From positions 5,408,001-5,472,000 of the forward strand of contig OZ244561.1 of the NCBI GenBank assembly GCA_965217585.1: a stretch of DNA of 64,000 nucleotides. Direction: 5' to 3'. A program made the translations under genes and the position numbers. Within the stretch, counting starts at the first letter, position 1. Every line of letters begins with the position of its first letter. This DNA is from Candidatus Latescibacterota bacterium. GTDB taxonomy: Bacteria > Latescibacterota > UBA2968 > UBA8231. The notes under the pieces were generated by a model. That model did not search any database and was not told where the DNA came from. It was given only the letters and a program-made list of their open reading frames with translations. This document shows positions 61,667 to 64,000 of the stretch, in pieces.

Positions 61667-62009
61667 ATCCCCTCTATGTAAAGATCGGAGAAGGGCTTGG
61701 TTAATTCTTCGCTTATTTTTGCCATCTTGGTTTCGAAATCTTCATCGACGTTACTGTCATTGACCGGAAATTTATTTAGCGCGACGAGCTTCTCATCGTT
61801 TGGATATTTCTTTATGTGCACTTCTAGCCACTGCAGGATGTCCACGCTATGTGTGGCAATGACAACCTTAACGCCTTGACGAGATAGCTCGAAGAGAATT
61901 TTTGCCATGGTTACCTGCCAAGCCGGGTGCAGATGCGCTTCGGGTTCGTCTATAAACAGGAAAGTTCCTCTATCTAAGATGCTTTTTTCGATTAGCAAGC
62001 CTAGCAAGC
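61663..62009 (-). pseudogene. C-terminal part of an ABC-type ATPase interrupted by ISAs1
   Basis: Walker B FIDEPEAHLHP and ATHS present; Walker A half cut off by the IS. Confidence 0.85.
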
Positions 62010-63275
62010 CAGGGCAATCGCATTATAAATGGCCATGCGACAAAAGTTTAGCCAGATATTTGTGGTCCCAGCCAGCCTTGAGCCGTTTGGTTTGGATGCC
62101 AGCTTTGGTTGTTTTGTCTTGCTGGAGTAGATTGAGCGCGATGTGGCGTATAACGGCCATATTTTCGGGGCCATGCCCCCGGCGTATGCGGGACTGATCT
62201 TCGTTGAAGACGACATCAAGGATCCAGTGTAATGCATTCTCAATAGCCCAATGCCCGCGCACGGCCTGCCCCAACCGTTGGGCGTTGTTGTCCAGCGTGG
62301 AGATATAGTAACGTCGTTCGACCGAAACAGTATCGCCGCAGCGCCGGGTGGCCTCGACCATACCAAACAGGCGTAAGCCCGGCCACAGGGCATGCCCGGC
62401 AAAATCCTCGATCTGGTCGGTGGTCCAGTACTGCCGCGTTTCGCAACGCCCGTGGTTTTCGTCCTGAGTACCCCAATAATCTACGGCGGGATCAGCGTGG
62501 AGTTTCGAGTCGGAACGGTCAAAAAGCTGTTGGAGATGGGCGTGGAGTTTGGGTTGATTGGCCTTGACGGCCAGCACATAGTCGGCCTCTTGTTCGACGA
62601 CCTGTTCGGCCGTGCTCGTATGACACCCCAACGCATCGGTGGTGACCAGGCAGCCTTTGAGGCCTAACACGCGTAATAATTCGGGGATAATCGAGATTTC
62701 TTCCAAGGCTTCTTCACCATGGAATTGTCCCAAGACCAGCCGATTTTTTACCGCCCAAGCATGCACCATGTGGATGGCGGCTTGGCCCGAGCCTGTATCG
62801 TAGGAGCGGCGCAGCGTCTTGCCATCCAGCGGCACGATCTCGCCTTCGTCGGCCAACTTCGGCATCAGCGATTGCACCCAAGCGGTGAAACAGTCTTGGA
62901 AATGCCAAGGCGAAATACGGGCCAACACGCGACCGAAGGTATCATGCGAGGGGATGCCGTTGGGCAAAGCCAAGAACGTCTTAAGCCAGTCGGTTTTAGC
63001 CCGGCCAAATTCGGCGATCGCCACCCAGTTGTCGGCCCCGCAGATAGAGCCACACACCGCAATCATGAGAATATCAATCAAGCGATGCGCCCGACAACGC
63101 TCCATACGCGGGTCGGGGATATCGGCCAGATAATCCAGCAACCCTGAAGACGATGAGGGCATGAAGAAACACTCCGAGCAAGAGGGAAATGGGAGGACAT
63201 GAAGCTAATCTCCATAGAACGGCCAAAAGTAACATAACCGCATGGTAAAAATCAACTTATAATGCGATTGCCCTG
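62010..63275 (-). mobile_element. Complete ISAs1-family insertion sequence (1266 bp)
   Basis: 19-bp perfect TIRs CAGGGCAATCGCATTATAA (62010-28, 63257-75); 10-bp TSD CCTAGCAAGC (62000-09, 63276-85). Confidence 0.95.
62023..63162 (-). CDS. ISAs1-family transposase
   Basis: IPDPR, GIPSHDTF, DGKTLR, TDALGC, VKANQ, HGR.E.R, R.HW.IEN.LHW.LDV.F.ED. Confidence 0.95.
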   Translation of the reverse strand: MPSSSSGLLDYLADIPDPRMERCRAHRLIDILMIAVCGSICGADNWVAIAEFGRAKTDWLKTFLALPNGIPSHDTFGRVLARISPWHFQDCFTAWVQSLMPKLADEGEIVPLDGKTLRRSYDTGSGQAAIHMVHAWAVKNRLVLGQFHGEEALEEISIIPELLRVLGLKGCLVTTDALGCHTSTAEQVVEQEADYVLAVKANQPKLHAHLQQLFDRSDSKLHADPAVDYWGTQDENHGRCETRQYWTTDQIEDFAGHALWPGLRLFGMVEATRRCGDTVSVERRYYISTLDNNAQRLGQAVRGHWAIENALHWILDVVFNEDQSRIRRGHGPENMAVIRHIALNLLQQDKTTKAGIQTKRLKAGWDHKYLAKLLSHGHL

Positions 63276-63290
63276 CCTAGCAAGCCTAGA

Positions 63291-64000
63291 CAGGGCAATC
63301 GCATTATAACTGTCCATGTGCCAACAGGTTAGCCAGATATTTGTGGTCCCACCCGGCCTTGAGCCGCTTGGTTTGCATGCCGGCTTTGGTCGTTTTGTCT
63401 TGCTGGAGTAGATTGAGCGCGATGTGGCGTATAACGGCCATATTTTCGGGGCCATGCCCCCGGCGTATGCGGGACTGATCCCCGCGTACGCGGGGACGAC
63501 ATCGAGGATCCAGTGTAATGAATTTTCAATGGCCCAATGACCGCGCACGGCCTGTCCCAATCGTTGGGCGTTGTTGTCCAGCGTGGAGATATAGTAGCGT
63601 CGTTCGACCGAGACCGTATCGCCGCTTTGCCGGATCGCCTCGACCATACCGAACAGGCGTAAACCCGGCCAGTGGGCATGTCCGGCAAAGGTCTCAATCT
63701 GGTTCGTAGTCCAGTAGTGCCGCGTTTCGCAACGTCCGTGGTTTTGGTCTTGAGTAAACCAATAATCTACGGTAGGATCGGCGTGGTGTTTCGAGTCGGA
63801 GCGGTCAAAGAGCTGTTGGAGATGGGCGTGGAGTTTGGGTTGATTGGCCTTGACGGCCAGCACATAGTCAGCCTCTTGTTCGACGACCTGCTCGGCCGTG
63901 CTCTTATGACACCCCAACGCATCGGTGGTGACCAGGCAGCCTTTGAGATCTAACACGCGCAATAACTCGGGAATGATCGCAATTTCTTCCAAGGCTTCTT
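63291..64000 (-). mobile_element. Second, diverged ISAs1 copy (runs off window; transposase frameshifted near 63481)
   Basis: Same TIR at 63291-63309; paralogous transposase; 9 nt replaced by 14 nt after LDVV. Confidence 0.9.

Noticed and set aside
63472-63500. CRISPR array call
   Set aside because: One repeat-like unit only, no spacers and no cas genes in the window; kept as a finding

Overview
GC-rich bacterial chromosome segment from a diderm; an uncultured FCB-type lineage such as Latescibacterota is a tentative inference. 1-16.4 kb holds the str/S10/spc/alpha ribosomal-protein superoperon, which lacks rplC (L3) between rpsJ and rplD and lacks adk/map/infA after secY. 16.4-23.6 kb holds RlmD, a sigma-54 activator with a degenerate receiver, an orphan ClpX-like ATPase, an LpoA-like protein, an FmdB zinc ribbon and a TPR lipoprotein. 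23.7-38.2 kb is a MoxR/DUF58/BatABCDE operon with a GldA/F/G-like ABC module inside it. 39-64 kb mixes accessory and housekeeping genes: two ABC-ATPase plus TOPRIM-like pairs (one partner internally deleted), a CuA-degenerate cupredoxin, a convergent type II R-M pair, a PolX-PHP with an altered polymerase site, an RND pump, an SplB-like/SDR pair with a duplicated 5' fragment, and a third ABC-ATPase gene hit by two ISAs1 elements. The best candidate for an undescribed system is 45.33-46.19 kb: a promoter, a structured RBS-sequestering 5' leader with a possible pseudoknot, and a protein made of a small helical N-terminal module fused to a degenerate SecA NBD1-like fragment. No tRNA, rRNA or CRISPR array was seen. 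All calls come from reading motifs by eye; no database search was run.
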